DNA of 63,817 nucleotides, the filler included, from Reticulomyxa filosa (Eukaryota; Protista; Foraminifera): the NCBI GenBank assembly GCA_000512085.1. It is 17 parts of 17 records of this genome, joined end to end, with 100 filler letters (N's around TTAATTAATTAA, not from the genome) between each part and the next. Parts side by side here need not be neighbours in the genome. Positions count along the whole stretch, not along the records: positions 1 to 7,822 come from ASPP01023487.1; positions 7,923 to 11,518 come from ASPP01026713.1; positions 11,619 to 18,894 come from ASPP01021671.1; 14 more parts are not named here. One strand, given 5' to 3'. How positions within the stretch are numbered: the first letter of the stretch is position 1; each line of letters starts with the position of its first letter. The notes beneath the pieces are model-generated. The model searched no databases and had not been told where the DNA came from. It was given only the letters and a program-made list of their open reading frames with translations. Positions 1-13,217 of this stretch are shown here, piece by piece. Position numbers and translations under genes: made by a program.

Positions 1-57
1 GTTTTTTTGTCTTTTGATGTTATTTATATGCATTTGCATTATTTTATTGACTCATAG

Positions 58-2466
58 ACGTCATTCGTAAGATCAAAAGACATCCTTTGGGACTCATCAC
101 TTGTGCCAATGACGGGTATGTAATGTATCTGTGTTTGTTTGCTTTTCGGAGGGAGAAGAAGATTTATATCTGTGTGCTAACAATCAAAACGAACATAGCT
201 ATGTCAAACTTTGGTCGAATGAAGGCGAGCCTTTGCAATCGATCTTGGCACATCCCGAATCAGGAGAAAAGGCTTCGTTTATTTACGGTTTGCACGCTTG
301 TCCAGACGGAACAATAGTGTCATCAGGAGAAGATGGGACTGCCAAGGTGTGGAGCAAGAGCGGAAATTTGCTGCAAGTTCTGAGACACGTGAGCGCTGTC
401 TGGAGTGTTGATACTCTACCCAATGGAGATATCGTCACGGGTTGTGCCGATCAATGTGTACGCGTGTGGACCCGAAATAGCGACCGAAAGGCAAGCAAAG
501 AAACCATTGAGGCCTATTATCATATGTTGGAAGAATCCTTGAAAGCACAGTTTTGTACCAAACGATTTAACTTTTTTTTTTTTTTTTTTTGAAATAAGAG
601 GAAGGAGGGAACTTACGTTGCAAAAAGAGCATCAGCTCCGATTGACGAACACTTATTGGAAGACATCACCGTGTTGAATATACCTGGAAGACCCGGCCAA
701 ACGAAGATGGTTAAAGATCCAACTCGTGGCCCTTCGGTGTATCAATGGGACGCTCAAGCGAATGAGTGGACTTTTGTTACGTTTGTCTTTTAGCTTTCTG
801 TTGCATTGCAATGGGATATGCGTGTTTTATAAAATGTCAAATGCAACACAGATTGGCCAAATCACTGGCAGACCATCTGGTGACAATAGCGGCTTTGAAA
901 GTGGTGATGGATCAGGGGGAAGACCGAAAATCGACGGCATTGAGTACGACTACGTCACGCACGTCGATATCAACGGAGACTCGAGCATTCCTTTGGGCTT
1001 TAACAAAGATGGTTGGTCGCTGTTTGTTTTTTAGTTGTTTGGATCTAATCCTTTTCCCTTTTCTCTCTCTCTCTCTCTCTCTCTCAACACTTGTCCCGTT
1101 TGCTTGTCTCGTTTCAACGTGCGTTTAGACGATCCTCAAGAAGTCGCACGAAATTGGTGTATCGTCCATTGCGTGGACTTGGATCAAATGCCTCGGATTG
1201 TCGAACATTTGCTTCCTATGGTCGATCCTGTTGCTCGCGCACAACGGGTGGAACGAGAGAGAATTGCCGCCTCCAAACAACTTGTGCACATTCCGAGCTT
1301 TGTTACGTGCTGTTTCACTCTCACTTTCTCTTTGTCTCTGAAAGGGTCAATAATAATGTATATAAATAAATATAAATATATACATATATGTTTATATATA
1401 TATATATGTGTGAGACAGAAAGTATGTAATTATGAAATCAATGGCAAAATGCAATTGCAACCCATGCTTGAACGTGTCGAACAAACCAACAACGAATTGA
1501 AAGAAGAAAAAAGTCCCTTTGCTGTGGACATCAACGATAAAAACAACAAATACACCAAAGCATTCCGCGTTCTGTTTGATGACATACTTGTGAATCAGAA
1601 ATTGTGGCATGTCAATGAATTCCCAGAAGTCATCTGCGAATTGATCATTGACAAGCTACTGCAATGGCCGAGCTCAAAAGTATTACCTATTTTGGATCTC
1701 ATTCGCGTCCTTATGTTGCACGGTATTTTTTTGCTTATATGCATCTCTCTCTCTCTCATGCTCATTCCCACAAATATGACATTCATATCACTACAATAAA
1801 TAAATTAGGTGATGGTGTGGAGAAACTTGGAGGGAATTCAAAGCTGAGAGAGTCCGTTGTGAAGCATATTGCAAGTGAAGCTGGTCAGAGTGATGGCAAC
1901 ATGCAGATGATCGTGTGTCGGTTGGTGTGCAATTATTTGGCCAAGAGACCTCGTAGCGAAGACGAAAGAAGTGGAAAAGAAATACCACAAGAATTGGTAT
2001 CTTTTATTCAAGAAGTGCTGTCTAATTTGGCTGTGGCTGCAAATAATAAAAAATCGGCTGTTCATACTGCATACATTATGCTGGCCCACAAGTATTATCT
2101 TACAAATTCTTTTTTTTTTTTGAAATTAGATGATCACTAGTACTGTGCATGACTCAATTAAAATAAATACAAAACAGTGTAATGCTATGGTATGGAAAAT
2201 TCAAGGTCGTAGAGAGTGATTTGTATTTGGTGATGACAAGCGCTTTGTTTGAACTGATGAGCAGCCAGGAGTTGAATGACAAAATTATATACTATTGTTT
2301 GTCGGTTATTGGAACTATTGCTTGGGCTTCCAGTACAGCCAAGCAAGAGATCCAAGAAGTATATGAACAACAATTGAAAGAAATTGTTACTAAGGCAAGA
2401 CACGACAATTTAGCTTCTTTGCAAGAAATTGGAAAAGATTTGTGGAATTTGTTTGAATTCAAATGA
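58..2466 (+). CDS. PLAA: Phospholipase A2-activating protein / Doa1 / Ufd3 (WD40 + PFU + PUL), multi-exon, 5' truncated
   Basis: WD40 repeats (IVSSGEDGTAKVW, HVSAVWSVDTLPNGDIVTGCADQCVRVW). PFU motif GIEYDYVTHVDI..IPLGFN/DDPQEVARNW. PUL-like helical tail with QWPSSKVLPILDLIR. GT-AG introns; ends TGA at 2466. Confidence 0.9.
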
Positions 2467-2734
2467 TTAAACGGTTCTTGATTTTTTGTTTTTTGTTTCA
2501 AACAATTTTCAAACACACGACCCAGAAGCATTTTGCAACAACCCACCTCAATTCAATCACTGTTTACAAATGTTTCGCCCAAGAATTGTAAATATTCATC
2601 TCTACACAATCTTTTTTGCTTGTTTTTTACTTAAAATTATTCGAGTAAACAAAGTTAGGCACAATGTGCGAAGAAAATGACAAAGTTTATTTTGTGTAGT
2701 AGCGCCAAGCTCCCTTTAAAAAAATTGGCGAAGG

Positions 2735-4814
2735 ATGACCGCATCGCCAAAAAAAAAATATAATTTAGAAGACATTGCCTTGCAAATAGCAAAGCATGTG
2801 GAGATCAAAGATCGAACGTATCACTTTAAAACCTATAAACAATGTTTTCTTGGAACCGACGTGGTAAGGTTTTTCGTTTCGTCCGGGTTAGTAAAAAATG
2901 CAAAAGAGGCAGTGGATTTAGGAAACATGCTGGTCAAAGAGAAATATATTAAGCATGTAGTAGATGAGCATGATTTCAAAAATGAGAAATTATTTTATGA
3001 ATACACAGAAATAATGAAGTTTCGAGCATCCAACAACCCGCATTTGAGTGTGATTGGTCAGGAAGAGGGTGTTTCAATCAGTGATGAAGACTTGGAAGAA
3101 ATTGCGTTTTCCATGTTTCGCAGTTCTTTGATTCAAGACAGGTCCAATTAATAAGACATAATGATAACTATTTTTTTTTCTTCTTCTTCCGATTTTATGG
3201 ATTTCGATCACAGTGAAAGATTGATTGTCTTTTTAATTTTGAGATTGAGACAATGAGCCCTCATTTGTGTATGTGTTAACATGAACAAAGGCAATGGGGA
3301 TTGAAGACGTATCCCAGATGTTTTATCGGGGAAGAGTTGGTAAAGTGGTTAGTCGGAAATGGATATGCAAAAGGAGTGAACCATGCAGTGGCCATAGGCA
3401 ACTTACTAATGGAAAAACGTCTGGTTCATCACGTCACTTATGAACACCAATTTAAAAATGAAAATTTGTTTTATCAATTGTCTGAAGAGAATTCGGAAGA
3501 AAAGTCATTAAGTGATTTAAATTGTTTAGTTGATTTTTTTATTCAATCTAAATTTAATTTATATCAACTTAAAATATATACATATATATATGTATATATT
3601 ATCATTTGCTGTGTGTTGCTTGGCCTCTCTAGTGACCGATATTGAAATGGCAGAGATCATCACACAAATGAAAAAAAAAGTGGAGATTAAAACAAGACAG
3701 GTTAGTGTAACTATCAGATTGAAAAAAAAAGTTGCTAATCCTTAAAAATTTTTTTTTTTTTTTTTTTTTACGAATGGTACCCAGAAGTATACATTTGTGC
3801 AAAAAAAATAGTATCATGGGAAAAGCTACCCGAATTGCTTTGTTGGTAGTGAGGCGTTCAAATGGATTATTGAAAATGCAAAACTGACAAAGTGCCCAAC
3901 TCCGGAAAAATCCATTGCACTTGGCAATTTTTTTGGTGCGAAGGGGTATCATGCATCATGTCACTCATCAACACTTGTTCAAAAACGAGAACTTGTTTTA
4001 TCAGTTTTCAAAAGACATTGACAAAGATTCGATCGTGTACAAATGGAATTCCGAAGACTTAATAAATATTGCCAAGGGTATTCGTTTGAATGTTGAAATC
4101 AAAGATCGGATTTATCATTTCAAAACATACAAAGGTATATTTTATTGTAAATGTATATATGCATATGTTAGTGTCGTTGCAAAACAAGTAATTATACATA
4201 TATACGTATATCTACACGTACAACAAAAATTAACAAATGAGAGGAAGGGAGAAAAAAAAAAAAAAACTATCGGATATATAATCGTTTGTATCTCGGTGAT
4301 ATACAGATTGCTTCTTAGGAAATGTGTGTGTAAAGTACTTGGTGGAAAAGGGTATTTGCGAACACGTACCTGAAGCAATAGCGGTTGGAAATGCATTGAT
4401 CGAAGAAAAAATTATCCGTCATGTCACAAATGGGCATAAATTTGAAAACGGCCCGTATTTTTATGAATTTGTGGATATGCATAGTTTTGATTTATTTCAT
4501 ATTACCGGTAAAAAAATATAACCGATAGTTTGGGTCGCAGAACAAGTCATAGTAAATCCAGTATCACGCCCTCGTTATTGCAAAAAATATCCGCCTCTCC
4601 TGCTCCCTCGCCCAAAGAAAAAAATGAGCCTCAACAAAATAGTACTCCCGCTCTTGTTGAAAGCAAAACTGGTCCAGCGGAGGAAATTAATGATGAAAAA
4701 GAATTTGAGATGGAAATAAAAAAGCCGAAACGCGCTTCTAGTGGTACTTCGGAAGAATATTTAGCTGAAAGTGAGGAAGAAGATGATGGATTGTACGGTA
4801 CTTACCACGGCTAA
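2735..4814 (+). CDS. Protein of four tandem DEP domains plus an acidic low-complexity tail, multi-exon
   Basis: Four copies of IKDRxYxxKTYxxCFxGxxxVxW/Y...AVxxGNxL...HHVxxxHxFKNExLFY. One extra T in the T7 run at ~3928-3934 shifts the frame in DEP3, probably a homopolymer error. Confidence 0.85.
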
Positions 4815-5167
4815 ATTTTGTTTCTGATCTGGCAATGTGTCAATACTGATAATTTGTGTCTTAAGTAGAATTCTTTTTTTGTTAACACGAGCCTTGCAAG
4901 GATTGGACAAAAATATTTCAACAAAATATTGACGAAATTTGAATATACTTTCGTAATGTTTCGTTTTAATCCAATGACAAACTTTTTCAAATGGCAATAT
5001 ATCTTTTTGAGAAATACTCGGTTTTTAAAATTTTTTCATTGAATGAAATAAAAGCAGTAAGGACAAATATTAAAAAAGAGTAAAAAAAATTCTTTGCTTA
5101 ATGTCTAATGCTTTCGTATTTGCCCAATTAAGAATTTTCTTTTAATAATATTATTCGATCTGGTGGA

Positions 5168-7822
5168 ATGAATAATAAAGGTGTAACATGGACTGCTCCT
5201 TCGAATTTGAAAACGAGAAGAAAGCGTTACTCCAACGAACACAATCGTCTTAAAGCCAATCAAAATGCCTTGATGAGCATGAACAACAACAATAGCAAAC
5301 CAGGAGTCGATGAGAACAAACAAATAACAGGAGTAGCAACAGGAATAGAAGCGACTGTAAATGCAAATGCAGGAATAAAAGCACGAATGGCAAATGACCC
5401 GCCAAGTGATCGAAATAATCAACAGCAAAATGGAAAGAAGCAGAGCACAAATCCGCAAACAAAGCCAAATCTAGTGGCAGAACAAAAAGTGATGAGCAAA
5501 CACGAGAACAATGAAAGTAAAGAGGAGACCAAGCACGAATATCTGAGTGACAACATAACGCACTACAAATATATAAAAGTGGAGCGAGATAATGAAATAT
5601 GTCTCGGCGACGCAATTGTTGTACCAATGGCTGATCGTTCATCATCACAGCCAAACACGCAAAATACGAACAAGCAAGGCAAAGGCAAATATATAGGTTA
5701 TATACATGTGTATAACTTATGTTATTTTGGAGTTGTTGATAAAAAAAAAAAAATAAATAATAATAATAATAATAAGAACACGAATGTAAATGATAAATGA
5801 AAAGGCATCGTCCGTTATATTGGTAAAAGCGCGAAGTCGGATCAAGTGACATATCTCGGATTGGAGCTACTTGATCCGATTGGTGACACGGATGGTCGAA
5901 TATTTTATCAGTCATTGGGAAAGGAAATTGAACATTTCAAATGCAATCCGAGCTATGGTAAATACGTCGCGTTGAATTCCAAAGACTCGGTTCCGAAGAA
6001 ACTTTCGCCAATGGAAATGCTGCAGCAGTTGCAAAAGTCCGTTCTTCGAATCAATGAATTAAATCACGCGAATAAACAACTCTTTCAACAGTTTCAACAA
6101 ACTAAGTTGAATTTGCAACATGTCTCCAAACAAATGTCTAAGTCGAAAAGACAATGGGACAATCACAGCAATTCTAATTCCAATAACAAATACACGAGTA
6201 ATAATAATCATCGTAGCCAACCAGTCACTCAGATCAATACTAATACAAACGTAAACGCAAATGCAAATGTGAATGTAAATGCAAATGTAAATGCAAATGC
6301 AAATGCAAATACGAATGCAAATACGAATGCAAATGCAAATACAAATACAAATACAAATACAAATACAAATATAAATGTAAATACAAATACGAATAACAGT
6401 AATCAATCTCACAACCCTCCATCCAATCCAAGTCCTCACACAAATAATAACAATAATAATATCAACAGTAGCAACAATCCCAACAACAATTCAAACCAAA
6501 ATTCTCTTTTAAACGATAACACAACCAAACCTTCAAACATTTTATTGCAATCCAATGAAAACCACTTAAAACATATGGTCAAAAAAAACATTGGACTTAC
6601 ATTAACTATATGTACATATATATCATACACCTATCACACATATATATATATATATTTCAAATATATGTATATGTACATATATGTACGATATTAGATAACC
6701 CCTTCCACTGATCCAACATCGGTTCAGCCACGCGATTGGATGTCGTTTCATTCTCCGTTTGGAACAGGAGATTATCCTTTGCACGGTCGGCACTCCAGCC
6801 ATTTGAGTATACCCATGTCCGTTTCATCACTGAATCAAAGAAAATTCGAGTCGCCTCAGGCACAAACTCCGATACATATGTCAGTCCTGTCAAGTCATGG
6901 AAATGACAACAATAGCAATAACAACATCAACAGCGATGCATACAATGCACACAATGGAGGAGGATTGAATGGCAGCAGTGAACAGCATTACATCCAATAT
7001 TACGATGGAAGTAATCATAACAACACGGTGGTGGAGTTGAAAGACGGGGATATGTTATATCACACTCCTGTTCAAATCCATTCGCCTGCTCGTCACGTCC
7101 ATCCCAATCTCAACGGTGTCGATGGCAACACACCTCTGACAGTGATGTCAATGCAGCCGGCTGTCAATACCGTTCAAACGAAGACACATCCCTTTCCTTT
7201 GAATTACCATCGGCGTCCGGATGACAGTCCATTTTACCCTATCAATACGTATGTTCACACCAAATAATTACACTTGGTAGTTGGAGAGAAAGAGAGTTTT
7301 ATATGTATGTATGTGTGGATATGATGGGGGGGGGGAAAAAAAAAAAAAGACACACTCAAGACGCACTGGTATATACAAACGGATTGCCTACGATTCAATC
7401 TGGAGGTTCGGCATTATTCGACTCGCAGGACAACTTTTCTTCGCAAGTGACAGAGACGAACGCGGAGACTGAGGACACGACGATGATGTCGGCCATGCCA
7501 TTGCAATCGTACCAGTATCACCAGAAAAGCGTGTCCCAATCCGAACACAACCCCACTCACACAGTGGCGTCTTCTTCTCAACAATTTGACGAACGCGAAA
7601 TACTGGATGGGAAAAATCCCAAAATCACGGTAAACACTCGCGCCAAACACGTAACCGTTAGCTCCACATCAGTTTGTGCGGGTAGTCCCACCAACATATC
7701 TCCGGTGTCGCCCTTTTTCAATATGGCAGGTCACAATACAAATAACCCAAACAATGACACTGCTTACGCCAACCTCAATGACAATACCAATAACAATATC
7801 AATATCAATAGTAATATCAATA
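5168..7822 (+). CDS. CAP-Gly domain protein with a coiled coil and Asn-rich low-complexity regions, 3' truncated
   Basis: GDAIVV...GIVRYIG...YLGLELLDPIGDTDG...HFKCNPSYGKYV matches CAP-Gly. A Q/L heptad region and an Asn-rich repeat follow. Confidence 0.75.
6236..6396 (+). repeat. Coding hexamer microsatellite (AATGCA/AATGTA/AATACA)n encoding (N-x)n
   Basis: Read directly; translates as NTNVNANANVNVNANANTNTN. Confidence 0.9.
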
Positions 7823-7922
7823 NNNNNNNNNNNNNNNNNNNNNNNNNNNNNNNNNNNNNNNNNNNNTTAATTAATTAANNNNNNNNNNNNNNNNNNNNNN
7901 NNNNNNNNNNNNNNNNNNNNNN
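7823..7922. other. Artificial contig linker (44N + TTAATTAATTAA + 44N). Identical copies at 11519-11618, 18895-18994, 26877-26976, 29860-29959, 33138-33237, 34808-34907, 38015-38114, 40319-40418, 45119-45218, 46870-46969, 47970-48069, 50201-50300, 51659-51758, 52880-52979 and 62074-62173
   Basis: Each copy is exactly 100 nt and the core gives stops in all six frames. Several flanks end in homopolymers or microsatellites, where assemblies typically break. Confidence 0.98.
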
Positions 7923-8645
7923 GTGGACATACAATATTTAAGTGCCATGAAATGGACTCTTTCAAAAAATATTTATTGTTGTGGTGAAAATATTCCAATT
8001 TTTTATCAAATAACAACGATATGAACAAATACGAACAAAAAAATATAATTATATCGACATAATGACGATGGATTTTTTGACCATTTGGTCAGGTTACACA
8101 AGAACATCAAATTGCTGGTCCAAATGATTCATGAGACTTTGTTGTTTTTTATTTTAAGTTAAGTTATTCATGTTTCTAAGTTTCAATTAAAGGAATAATT
8201 ATAAATATGAACACATATTTATTTTATTCACAATATATCTTACAATTTATTCTGAAAAACATTACAAAATGTAAACAAGGAAAAAATCAACTGCGTGCAT
8301 CAAAACGAGAAAGAAACAAACAAAAAAAGAACGAAATCGTGAAACCAAACGACTATCATTAATTTATGATCCAAATCAAGAAATTAAAAAGAAAAGGAAA
8401 AAAAACAACACATTAAAAAATTAAACAGTATTTTGTGTTGCGAGACCAAACAATGTGCAATGTGATTGACTGACAATATTCGAAATCACACGTGGCCCAT
8501 CTTGTTTTGTCCATTTTGAGAAAACCCTAAACTGTACTGTAAATTACTGTACGTTATGGTATGCTTGCTAACGTCACTTTTGGTGTGACTGCTGTGCTTG
8601 TGACGATGTTTGGATTTGGATTTCAATCTTTGTGCATCGGTCAGC

Positions 8646-10951
8646 TCACTCAAAGCACGAACCCAATAGATGGACTCTTCCGAGGCTTGATCGGAAGGAG
8701 GACTGTGGAATTATGAATAGTCGATGAATAAGGGCTTCATTGTTTGCAATGGCATTGGAAAGAGATTGAGGATAGTCATGTAAAAAGTGATTCGTCTGTG
8801 ATATGTTAGCAGACACATCATTCGAGTCATCAGCAGGTCGGTACACATAACTCACGTCATTGACATCAATTTTTCCAACGATCGGCAATTTGTCAGTGTG
8901 TTGGTTTTTTTTTTGGATGTTGCAGGATTTACTTCTGTTTCTTCCAAGACAATGTAGCGACAGTCCAAACTCAAGCGCATGCGCTTTGTCTGCTTGTCCA
9001 ATTCAATAATATCTGGTCTCGACAACGCATTTTTTGTTTTTTTTGAAACGAGTATACGAGATCCATACAAGGTAATAAAGGCGCTGTTGACCAGCACCGC
9101 AATTCTTTCGTAATTTGTCAGTTTATATTTGACAGCAAATTCCAGACAATTGTTGGCAATGTATCTTTGAAATTGATTCCATTCTTGGACAAGTTCGTCA
9201 TTATTCAAGATTTTTCTTTGCTTGTTTTGTATCAATGTCTGCATGCGTTCATATTCACTGGAAAAATGGTCCATTTCTTCAAAGCAATACCACAAATCCT
9301 GAAGCCAAGCATTTGCCAAAATGCGCAAAGTCTACACAACATGGGCTGTCTGATTGCCATCCAACTTTGTATTTGGCCAATATATGCCAATAGCACTCGA
9401 ATTAATCCAATTTCAAGCAAAAAATCACAGCACTGGCCATATAGATGGTCATTTGATACAAAAGATTGAGTACCTTACCACTTCGTTTGATTCGTGTTTC
9501 AGCAGAACACGCAGTAGTTCTTTTCCTTTTGATCGGTTCAATTGAAAAGCATAATACTCCCCGCCATGGTTGGATCGATCATGAAACGTTTGCTGTTCCA
9601 AATACTCGTCAATGTTAATCTTGGCCCAAGCTTCGTTCTCTCTGCCAATCATCGCTTTATTGTGAAATTGACGCCGGATTGATCACTCCGTCTTCGGACT
9701 TGGATTCGGACTCATTTCTAACTTTGACTCGGACTACATATCCGAAGACTCTTTTTTTTTTAGATGCCTTATTTGTATTGGCGTTTACTTTGTCCTTTGG
9801 CAAAGTCGTGGATAGCACGAGCGAATGCGAACCAACGCTGTGTCCCTGTGATATCATCCTCTGTTGATAAATGCTAAGTCTTTGATGAATTTTCAAACAC
9901 GCAACGTCACTCCTTTATTTGACTATAGCTGCATATCAGACCATAATCCTTTAACAGCGCATAGATATTGTCATTGTCCATGTGTGGAAATAAATCATTC
10001 AACAAGTACCAAATGATGTTGAGATTCTTGTGGACTGGTTACTTACGCTGCTACCCGCTTTTGCTGCTGTTTTCGTTACTACTATTACAGCGGACTGACG
10101 CCGAGATTGGACTGGTTATCGGCTTCCTTCTTATCCTCCGCCGCATTGTTCGCGGAGAATAGAATTGCGCCATCAGTATGCACGCGTACGGCCCCTTTGC
10201 TCTTCAGCACCATGCCGTTCAGTTGTTCGTTGTACTTTAGCATGGACAGCATCAACTCGCACAGTGTCTTGTCCTTGCGATAATTGCGTAGCAACAAAAC
10301 AATGATGCATTGGATGTAAAAGAAGGACTCGAATGCGATGCTTTTTTCTTTAGTCCATCTTTGGCTTTTGAATTTGTTATGTCGTCACACCGCTTTCTTT
10401 ACCCATCTGCTGAGACAACTCCAGAGATAGCAGCATCTCCATGTTGTCATCGACACTAAGCAAATGCCACAGCATGTAGCAACACTTGTGTGTAATGTCG
10501 TTGTCTTGCTTCTCGCTCGTGCTTTGCATTTTCAGCATTTCCGACAGCGCCACAATTGCGCAATTGTTTCCAAGCAATCGCTTCATCTCTTCCACTTGGT
10601 CTGGCTGTTGGGTTGTGTCTTCGTATGAAATTGTGCAGCAATTTCAACATTTTCAGAAACATTTTGGCTTCTCCTTGACGATAGGTTGGTGATTGTGATT
10701 GTCTCTGCTGTGTATCCAATGGTAGGAAGTGAAAGAGCTGCGAATAAATATGGTTGCATGAGCACTTTGCACAAGTGACTCTTTCAAAGAGACAGCGTTT
10801 TGTCTATTTTGATACTGTACGGATAGCAATTGGCTGTTGTTTCTGTTCTTATTGCTTACAATATATCTGCGATTCATTTCTTCGATCAATTGAAGCCATT
10901 GTGTTTCATTGTCCACCTAATCACATAATACAATACATATATGTATATGTG

Positions 10952-10989
<38 letters not shown>

Positions 10990-11320
10990 GTTTTCTTTCA
11001 ACGTTTAACTTTGTAAAAAATTCGATCAATGGATTATTGGTCACCCCTTTCAAATACTTTGCGGGAAAGCCTTTTTTTGTCGCTGGCGTTGGATACGGCT
11101 GCGAAGTGTTATCTCTTGGTTTTGTCAACGTGGCACTGCTCTTCCTCCTCCTTGTCATGTTTGCCCTCTCTCTTTGTGGGATGTTGCAAAGACGGCCATA
11201 GAACGCTCGCTCAACTTGTCATTGTTGTCGACATAACTGCTTTCAATGGACCACGTTGCTTGTAAAGATCGTTCGGAGTCGAACTTTTCCTCTTTGTCGA
11301 TTCTTTATTTGCATGTATCA
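8646..11320 (-). pseudogene. Disrupted gene for a helical-repeat (ARM-like) protein with a C-terminal PH-like domain
   Basis: Protein-like segments (VEEMKRLLGNNCAIVALSEML, LLEIGLIRVLL, TLRILANAW, KRMRLSLDCRYIVLEE...KIDVNDVSYV) are spread over all three frames. There are several frameshifts and in-frame TGA/TAA/TAG, and one normal GT-AG intron (~10917-11005). Confidence 0.55.
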
Positions 11321-11618
11321 TTGCTTTTGTTTTTTTCTGTTATCAACTTTTTGGTAAACATTTAATAAAAAGCTAAAACCAAAAACTCAGTAATACTTGA
11401 CACTGAAGAACACAAAATTTTTCTCAATTGTAGATCAGTAGCGGCATTAGAACTAAACAAACAAAAGAGGATACAACATAGAGATTGCCAACCCGAAAAA
11501 CGTCTCAAATGGATTGACNNNNNNNNNNNNNNNNNNNNNNNNNNNNNNNNNNNNNNNNNNNNTTAATTAATTAANNNNNNNNNNNNNNNNNNNNNNNNNN
11601 NNNNNNNNNNNNNNNNNN

Positions 11619-13217
11619 CGAACGAGTATGAGTACCGAGGATACTACCCCAATGGGAAAACAGCAGCGATCTCGTCCGCAGCAGTAACGGCAATTCCACG
11701 GCCACAAGCGTCCCTGTCGAACAGCAACTGGTCGCGGAGGTCGCATTTCATGCAAGCGCGACATGGGGACATGAACACGCCTAGTCAGGCGTCGAAAAGG
11801 CTATTTGAAGGGGAAGCCATCGACATTAGCGCGTACAAGAAGACAAGAACAAATACTTTTGGCAACAGCAACAGCAATAGCAACGGTACTACTACTACTA
11901 CAGCTACAATTACAAATGCAAATACGTATACTGAGCCCATGTGTACAGTGAATTTTGCCAGCAATGCAAAAAAAACGTATGACCAATTGAACATTACAAC
12001 GACTATATTTCGTTGGGGAGAATCGACAAGAGCAGTTTGGTTGAATTTGTATGGTGTTTTTTTTTTCCTCTCTCGAAACTTGTTGAATTACAATAAAAAA
12101 AAAAAAAAAGAGTTGAAATGTATGCATGTGTGTGTGTATGTATGTATGTATGCATGTACGTATTGTAAATTTGCAATTGATTGATGAGATCAGTTTTTGA
12201 CGAATGTCGTGTGCAAAAAAAAATGTGTGGAATGGCAAGAAACAAACCAAATGATCGACTCTTTGCTTGACTCATTAAAAAAATGGTACCCCGAAATGAC
12301 AAGCAATTTCGAAAGCCTAGTGACGACGGACGACAAGTCGTCGTTCTTGCTCGCCAACAGCAAGCGTCTTGAGATTATGTCGAGAGAGCGCAACTCTCCG
12401 CAGATATGCGAGCTGATGAGAAGACGGAAGAAGGTGGTAGACAATGTGGACAAGTTGAGCACCGTCGGCAGCAAGCTGATGCTGACGACGATGTCCACGA
12501 CATTGACAAACGAAGATACTTCGCGCTGCGAATATGTGATGGGTCGTCTTGCCAAGCTGTTTCATCGCCAATGTCTTCTCTTCAATACGTACAACAACGT
12601 CGGTCGCGAGGTGGTCGCTGCTGATTGTCAGCTGCTCATGCACTCGTTTGTTCAGTACATGGACGATCTCTTGTCTCCATCGCTCGTCTTCACTGACAAA
12701 CATTTTGTCCATGTCCCCTTGCATAAACTCGATCAATTGCATTCCTTTCAAACCCATTTCCAATATGTCGCTATTGCTTCCCTTTACAATCAAGAGTCTT
12801 GGGAGGATGCTTCTCTCAAACATTCCAATAAGTTTATATATATGTACATATACATATATATATATGCATATATGTACATATATGTGTTGCCTGGTCTTGA
12901 AATCACAAAGACTGACGGGGGATGTCCCATTACCTTATTACTTTGTGATATTCGACGAATCGATAATGCAAGAGGTGCCGCGTCATCGAAAGACAAGCAG
13001 CTGGGAAAACAAGGAAAATGAGTGGAGAAATGCAAACAATGTTAGCCCCCTTCGGAACAAAACTCCGCAAGTGAAAGCTTGGTACGCCCAACCTGGTGAA
13101 CAAAATGTATTCCATTGCATTGTCTTGCTTGCCGCTTTCATTGATCAGTTTTTGGATGGCCAACTAGGTGAAACCAATTTACGACAAGATTTCTTAAAAA
13201 GTGTTCTCAAATTGTAA
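11619..13217 (+). CDS. Hypothetical protein, multi-exon, 5' truncated
   Basis: GC-richer open frames at 11750-12053, 12197-12830 and ~12970-13217 are separated by microsatellite-containing GT-AG introns. No recognisable domain. Confidence 0.5.

Noticed and set aside
3925-3936. Programmed frameshift in DEP3
   Set aside because: It is a single extra base in a T homopolymer, best explained as a sequencing overcall.
6059-6443. Minus-strand ORFs with ICICIC / YLYLHL repeats; likewise the Val/Ile-rich plus-strand ORF 52408-52935
   Set aside because: These are antisense shadows of coding microsatellites in the real genes on the other strand.
8646-11320. Genome-wide stop-codon reassignment (TAA/TAG = Gln) or Euplotes-type AAA-TAR frameshifting
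   Set aside because: Conserved genes end at the expected place with TAA (SEC13), TAG (LTA4H) and TGA (PLAA, kinase) and have no internal stops. The shift sites share no obvious motif.
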